64,000 bases of DNA, from NCBI GenBank assembly GCA_902773005.1, contig CACYCS010000004.1, positions 9,378 to 73,377 of the forward strand. The letters are read 5' to 3'. This document shows positions 20,011 through 28,807 of the stretch, piece after piece. The translations under genes were made by a program, and so were the position numbers. The DNA is from an uncultured Erysipelotrichaceae bacterium. Lineage in GTDB: Bacteria > Bacillota_I > Bacilli_A > RFN20 > CAG-826. The first letter of the stretch is position 1, and each line of letters starts with the position of its first letter. The notes under the pieces were generated by a model. The model worked only from the letters and a program-made list of their open reading frames with translations. It was not told the origin of the DNA and made no database searches.

Positions 20011-20058
20011 AATGACACAATCCATATCGATCGCGCATCGGCGGCAAATCAAGTATGA
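20011..20058 (+). repeat. 48-bp direct repeat, right copy (contains ruvX promoter region)
   Basis: Identical to 17995-18042; continues into TATGAT at 20054-20059. Confidence 0.97.
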
Positions 20059-20066
20059 TATGCTCC

Positions 20067-20501
20067 ATGAAAAAGTATCTGCTCGCACTGGATTTAGGTA
20101 AAGGGTCGCTCGGATTAGCGCTATCGCGCAGTGGAGAATTCATTGCGCCGCTTAAGGAAATAAGGTTCCCTGCCACCCACTATGAATACGCCATTGCGCA
20201 CCTTCGGGAACTTCTGATGATAGAGAAGGTTGAAACGTTTGTTTTGGGCCTGCCTCTTTTTCCTTCGGGAGACGAGTGCGAAATGACGCCGATCGTAAAG
20301 CGATTTGCCACTCTTTTGGAGCAGAACTTCCCAAATATCGAAATCGTTTTCCAAGACGAGAGGAATTCTACCGTCGAAGCAGCGGCGATGTTGCGCGAAG
20401 CGGGCAAAAACGCGAAGAAAGCAAAAGGAAGCATTGATTCGGCCGCAGCCTACATCATTTTGAAGAGATATTTATCTTCGATTGGTCAATACGAGGACTA
20501 A
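20067..20501 (+). CDS. ruvX: RuvX/YqgF family nuclease (pre-16S rRNA nuclease / Holliday-junction resolvase-like)
   Basis: YLLALDLG...GLALS, VLGLP, QDERNST, IDSAAAYIILKRYL. Confidence 0.9.
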   Translation: MKKYLLALDLGKGSLGLALSRSGEFIAPLKEIRFPATHYEYAIAHLRELLMIEKVETFVLGLPLFPSGDECEMTPIVKRFATLLEQNFPNIEIVFQDERNSTVEAAAMLREAGKNAKKAKGSIDSAAAYIILKRYLSSIGQYED

Positions 20502-20692
20502 ATTAGTAGCAACGCTTCAAAAAAGACGCGATATATGTTTGATTTTTACTTCGTAACTCGATGGCGAAAAACAAGACATATATCCGCTAAAATTTCAAAC
20601 CATGCGACACGTGCATTCGATTTTAAAATTCCCGTTGTTGAATATCTACTTGTGCGCGAGTAATATTTGTAAATGAATAAGGAGGACTTTAT

Positions 20693-22081
20693 ATGTCCAA
20701 ACAAAATGGCAAGAAGAAAAGTTTCTCCACCAAGGTGCTTCTAGTTGGAATTATTTTCCTGCTTCTTTCCTTGGTGTGGCTTAATCTCACTGCCGCTGTC
20801 AAGATGGCACCGTTTGATGTCGCGACCAGTGGTGGAGAGCACTGGGGCGTCGCTGCTGGAACCTTCTGGTTCTGGAGAATGTTCGCCGCCGATCCTGGCT
20901 GGAGTGGAACCGGCCAAATGCATTGGGGCAATGAGGATATTTGGTCCCTTCTCATCGTTACCTTCTGCTACGTTATTTCGATTCTGTTCGTTCTTGGCGT
21001 GGTCTTTGCGATCATCGGCAAGAAGGTCAAGAAGAACCTTCCCGCCCTTCTCGGCTTGTTGCTTGCTGGCTGGTACCTCGCCTACATCTGCGCGATGATC
21101 ATCGTTCCTCTCAACCGTGGCTGGATCTGGCGCAGTGCTTACTTTGAATGGATGGTCGTCGCCGTTCTCGCGATCATCTCCTTCCTCTCTTTCGCTCTCG
21201 TCCCCGTTCTGAACCTCTTGAACGCCGCCGCTGATGCCGTCAAGAAGGAAGAACCTCAGGAAGAAGAGAAGAAAAAAGAAGAAGAACCCGTTGGCCTCAC
21301 CGAAGACGAGGTCCGCGAAATCGTCCGCGACGAGCTTGGCAAGCAAGAGAAAGCCGAAGAAGAGCCCGCCGAGGAAGAGCCTGAAGAAGGTATGACCGAA
21401 GACCAGGTCCGCGAAATCGTCCGCGAAGAGCTCTCTCACTACGAAGTGGTTACTGAAGATGAGCCCGAGGAAGAAAAGCCCGCCGAAGACGAGAATCTCG
21501 CTAAAGAAGAGGTTGTCGAGGAAGAGCCCGCTGCTGAAGAGCCTGTCAAAGAAGAACCCGCCGAAGAAGAACCCGCCGAGGAAGCCGAAGAAGAGGCTGA
21601 CGAGGAAGAGGGCGACGACGAAGAAGGCGAAGAAGAGGGCGACGAAGCTGAGGCCGAAGGTGAAGCTGGACCGGACGATCCGTTCGCCAAGCTCCGCACC
21701 AAGAGGCGTCGCGCTTCCTTCGAGACCAAACTCAAGAAGAGCGAAGAAGATCTCCGCCACAAATACTATGATCTTCGCGACTACATCAAGTCCTATGGCG
21801 TGAATCCTCGCATCTCGATCCCAGGCGTCACCTTCTCTGCCCACCGCGAGAAATTTGTGTTCCTTACCATCAACGGCAAGCACATCAAAGCCTGCTTCGC
21901 CCTCAATCCTGATGATTACGCGAACACCCCGATCCCTGTCGATCGCAACGAAGCGAAGAAGTATGAGGATCTCCCGCTCGCCTTCAAGGTGAAGTCGGAT
22001 CTCTCCTTCCGCCGCGCTTGCAAGCTCGTCGACGACCTCATGGCCGCCAAGGGCATCGGTAAGCCGGAAGAGAAGAAGTAA
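20693..22081 (+). CDS. Membrane protein with acidic linker and C-terminal globular domain
   Basis: SD AAGGAGG; four TM, a ~150-aa Glu-rich linker with a duplicated TED(E/Q)VREIVR(D/E)EL motif, then a ~120-aa basic domain. Confidence 0.85.
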   Translation: MSKQNGKKKSFSTKVLLVGIIFLLLSLVWLNLTAAVKMAPFDVATSGGEHWGVAAGTFWFWRMFAADPGWSGTGQMHWGNEDIWSLLIVTFCYVISILFVLGVVFAIIGKKVKKNLPALLGLLLAGWYLAYICAMIIVPLNRGWIWRSAYFEWMVVAVLAIISFLSFALVPVLNLLNAAADAVKKEEPQEEEKKKEEEPVGLTEDEVREIVRDELGKQEKAEEEPAEEEPEEGMTEDQVREIVREELSHYEVVTEDEPEEEKPAEDENLAKEEVVEEEPAAEEPVKEEPAEEEPAEEAEEEADEEEGDDEEGEEEGDEAEAEGEAGPDDPFAKLRTKRRRASFETKLKKSEEDLRHKYYDLRDYIKSYGVNPRISIPGVTFSAHREKFVFLTINGKHIKACFALNPDDYANTPIPVDRNEAKKYEDLPLAFKVKSDLSFRRACKLVDDLMAAKGIGKPEEKK

Positions 22082-22086
22082 TTCTC

Positions 22087-22145
22087 CCAAAGCAAAAAAG
22101 ACGCAGGAAGTTGGAACCAATCCAACGACCTGCGTTTTTGCTTTG
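22087..22145 (+). terminator. Long terminator hairpin
   Basis: caaagcaaaaaagacgcagg..gttgga / tccaac..cctgcgtttttgctttg. Confidence 0.75.
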
Positions 22146-22339
22146 CGGCTCACTGCGTCAAAGAAGCAATAGATAATAGGGTAACGATGGATTTTCGGGA
22201 ATGGGTTAGTACACCCCCAACTTTTTCGAAGGACTTCTTACAATGAATTTCAAATGCGATAAAGCAAAAATATGCGCGGTTCTCCATTCTCGAATTTGCC
22301 GCTTTGTGAGACAATCTACACATGAGGTGAATAAACAAC

Positions 22340-24193
22340 ATGCATTGCGAAACAAAACTCTCTGAAGGCCTTTATTACATCGGCGGATCCGATCGCAGGA
22401 TTCATCTGTTCGAGAACGTCTATCCGCTCGACAACGGGGCCAGCTACAACTCTTATCTCTATCTCGATGAGAAGACCCTTCTTCTCGACACCGTGGACGC
22501 CGCCGTCTCAAGCGTTTTCTATGACAACCTGGCGTTCCTTCTTGGCGACAGGAAGCTCGATTACCTGGTCGTGAACCACATGGAGCCTGACCATGCCGCC
22601 AATATCGGCGAGCTATTGCTCCGCCACCCCGAGACCAAAGTGGTCGTGAACGCGCTCAGCAAGAAATTCCTGCTCAATTTCTTCCCGGACATCAAATGCG
22701 AATTCGTCATCGTCAAAGAAGGTGACAAACTTTCCATCGGCAAACACGAATTCACTTTCGTCATGGCCCAGATGGTCCACTGGCCCGAGGTCATGTTCAC
22801 CTATGAACTCACCGAGAAGGTTCTCTTCTCTGCGGATGCATTTGGCACGTTTGGCGCCATCGCGGGCAACGTGGTTGCGGACCGTTCTACTTACACCAAG
22901 GAATTCATCGCCGAGGCGCGCCGCTACTACACGAACATCGTCGGCAAATACGGCGATCAGGTCGTGAATGTCCTTAAGAAAGCCGCCGATCTTGAAATCT
23001 CGATGATCTGCCCGCTTCATGGCCCTGTCCACAAAGGAAACCTGAACTTTATCCTCGACCCTTATAAACTCTGGGCGACCTATACCCCGGAAGATCCTGA
23101 TGGCGTCATGATCGCCTATTCTTCCGTTTATGGCGATACCGCGAACGCCGCCGACATCCTTGCAACCAAACTGGCAGCCAAAGGGGTTCGCAACCTCGTT
23201 GTCTATGACGTCTCCAAAACCGACTCCAGCTATCTGATCGCTGAAGCTTTCCGCGTGAAGACAATCGTCTTGGCCGCGACCACTTATAACGCGGGCGTCT
23301 TCGTGAAAATGGAGGACTTCCTCCACGATCTTGCAAACCACAAGATTCGCAACAGGACCGTCGCCTTCATCGAGAATGGCTCCTGGGCGCCTGCGGCAAA
23401 AGCCAACATGCAGAAGATCCTCGAAGGGCTTGATCTGACCTATCTCTCAGAGACGCTTACCATCGCGTCCTCACTCAAGGATTCGCAGCTTGGCGCGCTC
23501 GATGCCATCGCTGAAGCCGTCACCGCAACCGTCCGCCCGAACGAGAAGAAAGCGGAAGAAGGCGGAATCATCGATGCGGCGGCAATGTTCAAATTGTCCT
23601 ATGGCCTATTTGCCGTGTTCACCAAAGACGAAAAAGGCAAAGACAATGCCTCCATCAACAATTCCTTCTTCCAGGTGTCCAGCAATAATGTCATGCTCTG
23701 CGTGAACAAAGCCAATTACACCGCCGACACGATCAACGCGACCAAGAAGTTCACCGTTTCGGTTCTCACGGAATCCGTCGACTTCCCGCTGTTCAAGCGC
23801 TTTGGCTTTGCATCGGGTCGCGATTCCGACAAGATGGCTGGCATCGAAGATCGCCTCGAAAGGGCCCAAAGCGGCATCTATTACCTCACCAAGGACTCCA
23901 ACGCGATGTTCTCTTGCGAAGTCGCGCAGATCATCGATTGTGGGTCTCATTACCTCTATATCTGCAACATCGTCGAGTCCAAGGTGCTTAATAACGATCC
24001 TTCCGTGACCTACGCATTCTACTTCGCGAACATTAAACCCAAGCCGATCCCCGCGCCTCCCGCCAAAGAGAAGAAGGTCGGCTGGATGTGCAAGATCTGC
24101 GGCTACGTCTATGTTGGCGAAACTCTTCCGCCCGATTACGTTTGCCCGCTTTGCAAACACCCTGCAACCGATTTCGAAAAGGTTGAGATCTAA
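22340..24193 (+). CDS. Flavodiiron protein (FprA) with fused flavin reductase and rubredoxin domains
   Basis: NHMEPDH, VHWPE, SADAFG, PLHGP; flavodoxin YSSVYGDT; flavin reductase AMFKLSYGL...DCGSH; rubredoxin CKICGYVY...CPLCK. Confidence 0.93.
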   Translation: MHCETKLSEGLYYIGGSDRRIHLFENVYPLDNGASYNSYLYLDEKTLLLDTVDAAVSSVFYDNLAFLLGDRKLDYLVVNHMEPDHAANIGELLLRHPETKVVVNALSKKFLLNFFPDIKCEFVIVKEGDKLSIGKHEFTFVMAQMVHWPEVMFTYELTEKVLFSADAFGTFGAIAGNVVADRSTYTKEFIAEARRYYTNIVGKYGDQVVNVLKKAADLEISMICPLHGPVHKGNLNFILDPYKLWATYTPEDPDGVMIAYSSVYGDTANAADILATKLAAKGVRNLVVYDVSKTDSSYLIAEAFRVKTIVLAATTYNAGVFVKMEDFLHDLANHKIRNRTVAFIENGSWAPAAKANMQKILEGLDLTYLSETLTIASSLKDSQLGALDAIAEAVTATVRPNEKKAEEGGIIDAAAMFKLSYGLFAVFTKDEKGKDNASINNSFFQVSSNNVMLCVNKANYTADTINATKKFTVSVLTESVDFPLFKRFGFASGRDSDKMAGIEDRLERAQSGIYYLTKDSNAMFSCEVAQIIDCGSHYLYICNIVESKVLNNDPSVTYAFYFANIKPKPIPAPPAKEKKVGWMCKICGYVYVGETLPPDYVCPLCKHPATDFEKVEI

Positions 24194-24327
24194 TCCATTC
24201 GCCCCGGCCTAGAACGTCGGGGCTTTTAAATTCTGCGGTCGCTAGTTCATCGCGAATATAGTGATCGCTATAGCACACGCGCATATGTTTCATTTCGATG
24301 GCCGTTTTCTTGTATAATATCCGCGTT

Positions 24328-24693
24328 ATGAGTCAAGAACAGCAACCTGACATCATCGAAGCCGAAGTGGTCGACGAGAGGCTTGATGCGCCCAAAAAGG
24401 ACGCCAAGCCCCATAAGCCGATTCACGAGTATTCGCGCCAGATACGCTTCTGGAACTTAATGGCCGAGATGTTTACGCGATACGGGCCATCGTTACTGAT
24501 ACTCGGGGCGTTAGCGGGGCTTGCCTTTAGCATCCTTACGAGCCAGACCGGCTATCAGGGATTCTTCTTCGTCTGCATGATCATCGGATGGAGCCTATGC
24601 GGCGCAGGGGTGCTTGCAACCATATTTGCATTTATCGCGAGAGCCGTCCTCCATAGATACATGTCCCTTGACCCTAATTTCTCAGGTGATTAA
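24328..24693 (+). CDS. Hypothetical 2-TM membrane protein
   Basis: ATG 24328 just after TATAAT; two hydrophobic helices; abuts the next gene. Confidence 0.7.
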   Translation: MSQEQQPDIIEAEVVDERLDAPKKDAKPHKPIHEYSRQIRFWNLMAEMFTRYGPSLLILGALAGLAFSILTSQTGYQGFFFVCMIIGWSLCGAGVLATIFAFIARAVLHRYMSLDPNFSGD

Positions 24694-24696
24694 GCC

Positions 24697-25401
24697 ATGC
24701 CGAATATCGTCGTCAAAGATCTAAAGAAATTCTATAACGTTGGAACCGAAGCCGAAGTGCACGCTCTCGATGGCGTGTCCTTCGATGTGGAACCAGGCGA
24801 GTTCATCGTCATTTTAGGCGCTTCCGGCGCAGGGAAATCCACTTTGCTCAATATCTTGGGCGGCATGGACCAAGCTACTTCAGGTGAATATCTCCTTTCG
24901 GGCGAAAACGTCGTGAAATATAACGACAAAAAGCTGCAGGAGCTCCGGCGCAAGAAGATTGGGTTCGTGTTCCAGTTCTATAACCTGATGCCAAATCTCA
25001 CAGCGCTAGAGAACGTTGCGCTGTCCGCTTCCGTGGCGGAGAATCCCTTCGACGCAGAAGAAACATTGAAAGACGTGGGCCTTAAAGGAAGGCTCCATAA
25101 TTTCCCAAGCCAGCTTTCGGGCGGCGAGCAGCAGCGCGTCGCGATCGCAAGGGCTTTGGTGAAGAATCCGGAGCTGCTCCTTTGCGATGAGCCGACTGGA
25201 GCGCTCGATTCCAAAACCGGTGCCGCGATCCTTTCGCTTCTAATGGAATTAGCCGAAAGGTATAAGAAAACCGTTCTTGTCGTTACCCATAACGCGAAGA
25301 TCGCAGACGTTGCAAAACGCGTCATGCGGATCGCTGACGGGAAGATCGTGGAAGACATCCATAACCCATCGCCAAAGAAAGTCGATGAGATTTCATGGTG
25401 A
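24697..25401 (+). CDS. ABC transporter ATP-binding protein (LolD/MacB-like)
   Basis: GASGAGKST, IGFVFQFYNL, LSGGEQQRVAIARAL, LLCDEPTGALD, VTH. Confidence 0.93.
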   Translation: MPNIVVKDLKKFYNVGTEAEVHALDGVSFDVEPGEFIVILGASGAGKSTLLNILGGMDQATSGEYLLSGENVVKYNDKKLQELRRKKIGFVFQFYNLMPNLTALENVALSASVAENPFDAEETLKDVGLKGRLHNFPSQLSGGEQQRVAIARALVKNPELLLCDEPTGALDSKTGAAILSLLMELAERYKKTVLVVTHNAKIADVAKRVMRIADGKIVEDIHNPSPKKVDEISW

Positions 25402-25422
25402 TGGAGTAGTATTATTGCATTC

Positions 25423-26934
25423 ATGGCAAATGAAGAAGTGAAAAGAAAAGCCTCCGATGACCGTTTTGATACGGTGCTCGGGTTTTTGGGAATCGAGGCG
25501 ATTGCCCTCGTTTGCTTTGGCTTTGCTGGAACCACGGGTTTGACTTTCCTTAGGGCGATCGGGTTCTGCATCGCTTTGTTCTTGTTCCCTTATGCCAAGC
25601 GGATGCTTGATATGCAAAAGGCAAACAAGAAGGTGTTCCTGCCTTTGATCCCTGTGGGCGCGACCGTGATTTTGCTTGGCTTCTCCGGCTTCTGGATGAG
25701 CCTCTATTCCGGGAATGCGTTCTCGGGGGTATTCGATGCTCTTTTGGTCGTTTTAGGCGTCACGGGGTTCTTCTTTTTGGGTTTAGGACTCAAAAGCATC
25801 CCGTGGATGAAGATGGAATATATCCTTCTTGGAATCCTTGGAGGGCTTGCCTTACTAGTTCTCATCACCATGTTCTATTCCGTGGTCCGTTATGGCCTAT
25901 TCTATGGCGCTAGATTCAAGGGGCTTGTCTATTACTATGATGGCGTGGTCTTCCAGATCGCGAACGAAGCCAAGTATCTCGATGGCTTCAAATTCCGTGA
26001 GGTGTCCCTCAATTTCGCCAAGTGGGGTGGGTTCGTCCTTGCTAGCGCGGGCGCTGGACTATTCGCGAGAAGCTTCAAGGAAGATCGTCGCAGGTTCTTG
26101 ATCCTTGCGGCGTTCGCGCTTCTAGGGATCATCGATTTGGTGATCGTGCCCTTTGTTCCCGGCCTCATTCTTCTTATCCCCGTCTATTTGGTCGGCCTAT
26201 TGGTTGCCTATTTCCATAAGGTGGAGGAATCCTCCCCAAGAGCCAAGGAAATCGGAAACAGGGTCATGACGATTCTCTTCTTTGTATTGTTAGGCTTGGT
26301 GGTCGTTGGATTGATCGTCTTGTTCGCGGACGTCTATGTGGGATTCGATAAATCGTTCCTCGCGAAGCTTCCCCTTATCGGTAGGTTCTTCGGCGAAGGA
26401 TCGCGCACCGAGAAGCTTGAGAACGCAATCTCTTCCACCTTCTTCTCGACTACCGCTTCTGGAGCGAGGGTGCTGAACTTCGGGTCGCTCCTATTTGGCA
26501 TGCAGGCAACATATGTATTCGATTTGCCGTTCTTCGAATTCAATGTGCTTTGGCAGAATGGCTTGCTTGCCTTCGCAGGCGTCATCTATTGCATTTTCTA
26601 TTTCATGAAGCGAATCAGGCATTATGTCTTCGACGATACCCAAGGAAAGCTGAAGGACAAACTCATCGTCGTTACCATGATCCTTGGCATGTTCCTCTAT
26701 TTCTCATTCTTAAGTGACGAAATGCCATTAAGGCATCCAGAAGGACTCAATGAGATATTCTCCAGCCATTCGACTACGTTGATGGCCTTCACGCGCAGCA
26801 ATTCGATCCTCTTGCTCTTCTTCCTGCTTGGACTTACTTTCTCTATCGAGCCAAAGTATCGCGGCGCGATAGAAGAGACCGTTCTCGAGAGCGACGAGAA
26901 AACCGTTTCGAAGGAGGCAAGCCCCAATGAATAA
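25423..26934 (+). CDS. Polytopic membrane protein (possible Wzy/O-antigen ligase-like)
   Basis: About 12 TM segments with a late extracytoplasmic loop, next to the polysaccharide cluster; function is inference. Confidence 0.6.
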   Translation: MANEEVKRKASDDRFDTVLGFLGIEAIALVCFGFAGTTGLTFLRAIGFCIALFLFPYAKRMLDMQKANKKVFLPLIPVGATVILLGFSGFWMSLYSGNAFSGVFDALLVVLGVTGFFFLGLGLKSIPWMKMEYILLGILGGLALLVLITMFYSVVRYGLFYGARFKGLVYYYDGVVFQIANEAKYLDGFKFREVSLNFAKWGGFVLASAGAGLFARSFKEDRRRFLILAAFALLGIIDLVIVPFVPGLILLIPVYLVGLLVAYFHKVEESSPRAKEIGNRVMTILFFVLLGLVVVGLIVLFADVYVGFDKSFLAKLPLIGRFFGEGSRTEKLENAISSTFFSTTASGARVLNFGSLLFGMQATYVFDLPFFEFNVLWQNGLLAFAGVIYCIFYFMKRIRHYVFDDTQGKLKDKLIVVTMILGMFLYFSFLSDEMPLRHPEGLNEIFSSHSTTLMAFTRSNSILLLFFLLGLTFSIEPKYRGAIEETVLESDEKTVSKEASPNE

Positions 26935-27862
26935 AAAACTAAAGGCCGCATTCGCCTTCTTAACCTTGGCTTCCCTTGCTAGCTGCACCGATACGAGCGA
27001 ACTCTATGGCGGTGCGCAGTATATCGGCGGAGACTTCTTGAAGAACCATTACTCCACTTGGGATAAAGGTCTGAAGGAAGCATCCATTGAAAGGCATGTC
27101 GCGATCGAAAACGAACGCACGGGGTACTTCAATGGCAAAGAAACCAAGGATCCAAATAGCCCAGAAGACTATTATGGCTTAGGCCAAGCAGCCGCATGGC
27201 ATCCAAACGATTTCAAGAACTCGAAGGGCGAGATCTATAACTGGGCTCCCGATATTCTTCCAGGTACTGGCATCGGCGAATGGCGCGACCAAAGCGCCCT
27301 CTATGACGTTGCCTATGGCCAGACGAAGAAGCTCTCGCTTATCAACCCAGCTTTCAGCCGTGGCTATCTATCAAAACTCTATAATGGCCAAGTCCGTTGC
27401 AATGCGTGGAGTTCCTATTCCCTTGTGGAGCTCGATAAAACCGGATACGGAACGATATTCCCCTCCGAGCTATTGAACGCCAATTCGTTCAGCTTCGCCA
27501 TTAGAGGCGGCTCTGATACGCCTTCCGTTGGCCGCGTGTCCACGTTTAACCTCCACGTGACCTTCTATAAGTACGGCGCGGATAGGACGAGTTATGTTGG
27601 CACGACGATCGACATGATGAACGTGAAGATGCAGACGAACCGCTCTGCCGAAATCACCTCGCTCATCGGATTCTATTTCGAGGACATCAATTATGATCCT
27701 AAAGGCGTCGTCGGTATGTCGATGACCTTCGATTTGGTTGAGGACGTGTATCGAAATGGAGATGTGACGATTTATCCTTCCGATGATTTCTCCGACGATA
27801 ACGAATACCACATCGGACTCATCCTGCTCGAGGTATTCTTCCCTGATTCCACCTGGAATTGA
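26927..27862 (+). CDS. Hypothetical lipoprotein
   Basis: Lipobox LASC, SD AAGGAGG, 8-nt overlap with the upstream gene. Confidence 0.8.
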   Translation: MNKKLKAAFAFLTLASLASCTDTSELYGGAQYIGGDFLKNHYSTWDKGLKEASIERHVAIENERTGYFNGKETKDPNSPEDYYGLGQAAAWHPNDFKNSKGEIYNWAPDILPGTGIGEWRDQSALYDVAYGQTKKLSLINPAFSRGYLSKLYNGQVRCNAWSSYSLVELDKTGYGTIFPSELLNANSFSFAIRGGSDTPSVGRVSTFNLHVTFYKYGADRTSYVGTTIDMMNVKMQTNRSAEITSLIGFYFEDINYDPKGVVGMSMTFDLVEDVYRNGDVTIYPSDDFSDDNEYHIGLILLEVFFPDSTWN

Positions 27863-27895
27863 CCAATATGTGAAAAGGCAGCGCGCGCTGCCTTT

Positions 27896-28807
27896 TCATT
27901 TCTTCATATAGGCTGAGATATCAAGCCATTCGCCCATCTGGAAGTCGCATTTATCGTCGTCCAGGATGAGCGTCCCCTTCGCGGGAGTAAACGTCATTTC
28001 CGAGAAATATATCTTTCCATCGATATCGTAGAAATCGCACCGAACAAACGGAAAATCCCTGCAAAGGTCCTCTGCAATAGCAATCATTTCGTCGAAATTC
28101 GCAGGCCTTTCAGGTTTGATGTCCGCTTTTTTCCAGCCATTGAATTGACTGCCGTCGAAGTCGGTCCAGTCGGTATATAACTCGGTGTAACGGATGTCTT
28201 TGCCACGCCCAGTGACGACATAGAGATTCCTTGCTTTGCCGTTATAGACGTGAAGCTTATACTCGGTTGGGAGCGCATCTAGGCCACCAACGAACTGCTC
28301 GATGATGATCTGCGGTTTGATCTTGCTGTAATGGCGCTCCATCGTGAACTTGCCATAGTCCGTTGAGAGCCATTTGTTGAACTTCTTTGCCGCTTCTTCT
28401 TTGTTGAGCGTCGATTTGTCGCGGACGAGGATATTGAATCCGCTCGCGTGACTGCACTTCATCACGAAATGTCCGGGCAACTTATCGAAGTCGATGTCCT
28501 CGAATCTATCGTAAACGCCATAGATGGGAATAAGGGTATTCTCGTAGCCTTTTTCCTTCACGTATTCGCGCACTCCAACACGTCCTGCGCATTTGCTCAC
28601 CAAGTCCCATTTCGGATACACGTATAGCCTCAAATACTGTAGCTTCTCCGTGTAGCGCGTCGGGTTTTTGAGGTTGCAGGGGTGGTGGGTGATGTATTTG
28701 TATTGCAGCTTCACGTAGAGGGTGGGGCTAATTGCCTTCACGATGCCGCGAAAAGGAACGGCAATCATCCGCTTCAGTTTGTTTTCTTTGAGATTGGGAT
28801 TACCCAT
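27896..28807 (-). CDS. TupA-like ATP-grasp protein (polysaccharide modification)
   Basis: NLKNPTRYTEKLQYL, FVMKCSHASG, PQIIIEQF, EYK, FPFVRCDFY, IYFSEMTFTP. Confidence 0.85.
   Translation of the reverse strand: MGNPNLKENKLKRMIAVPFRGIVKAISPTLYVKLQYKYITHHPCNLKNPTRYTEKLQYLRLYVYPKWDLVSKCAGRVGVREYVKEKGYENTLIPIYGVYDRFEDIDFDKLPGHFVMKCSHASGFNILVRDKSTLNKEEAAKKFNKWLSTDYGKFTMERHYSKIKPQIIIEQFVGGLDALPTEYKLHVYNGKARNLYVVTGRGKDIRYTELYTDWTDFDGSQFNGWKKADIKPERPANFDEMIAIAEDLCRDFPFVRCDFYDIDGKIYFSEMTFTPAKGTLILDDDKCDFQMGEWLDISAYMKK

Larger units (their letters stand above)
17995..20058 (+). mobile_element. Putative non-autonomous single-gene insertion cassette
   Basis: An orphan gene with its own SD and terminator is bracketed by exact 48-bp direct repeats. 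Excising 2016 bp restores a simple pepD/ruvX divergent intergenic region. Confidence 0.6.

Noticed and set aside
20741-22153. 470-aa minus-strand ORF
   Set aside because: Antisense shadow of the Glu-rich gene, giving F/L-rich low complexity; the plus-strand gene has the SD and terminator.
22304-22322. Possible Rex operator upstream of the flavodiiron gene
   Set aside because: TTGTGAGACAATCTACACA matches only the left half of TTGTGAA-N4-TTCACAA and is better read as a -10 region.
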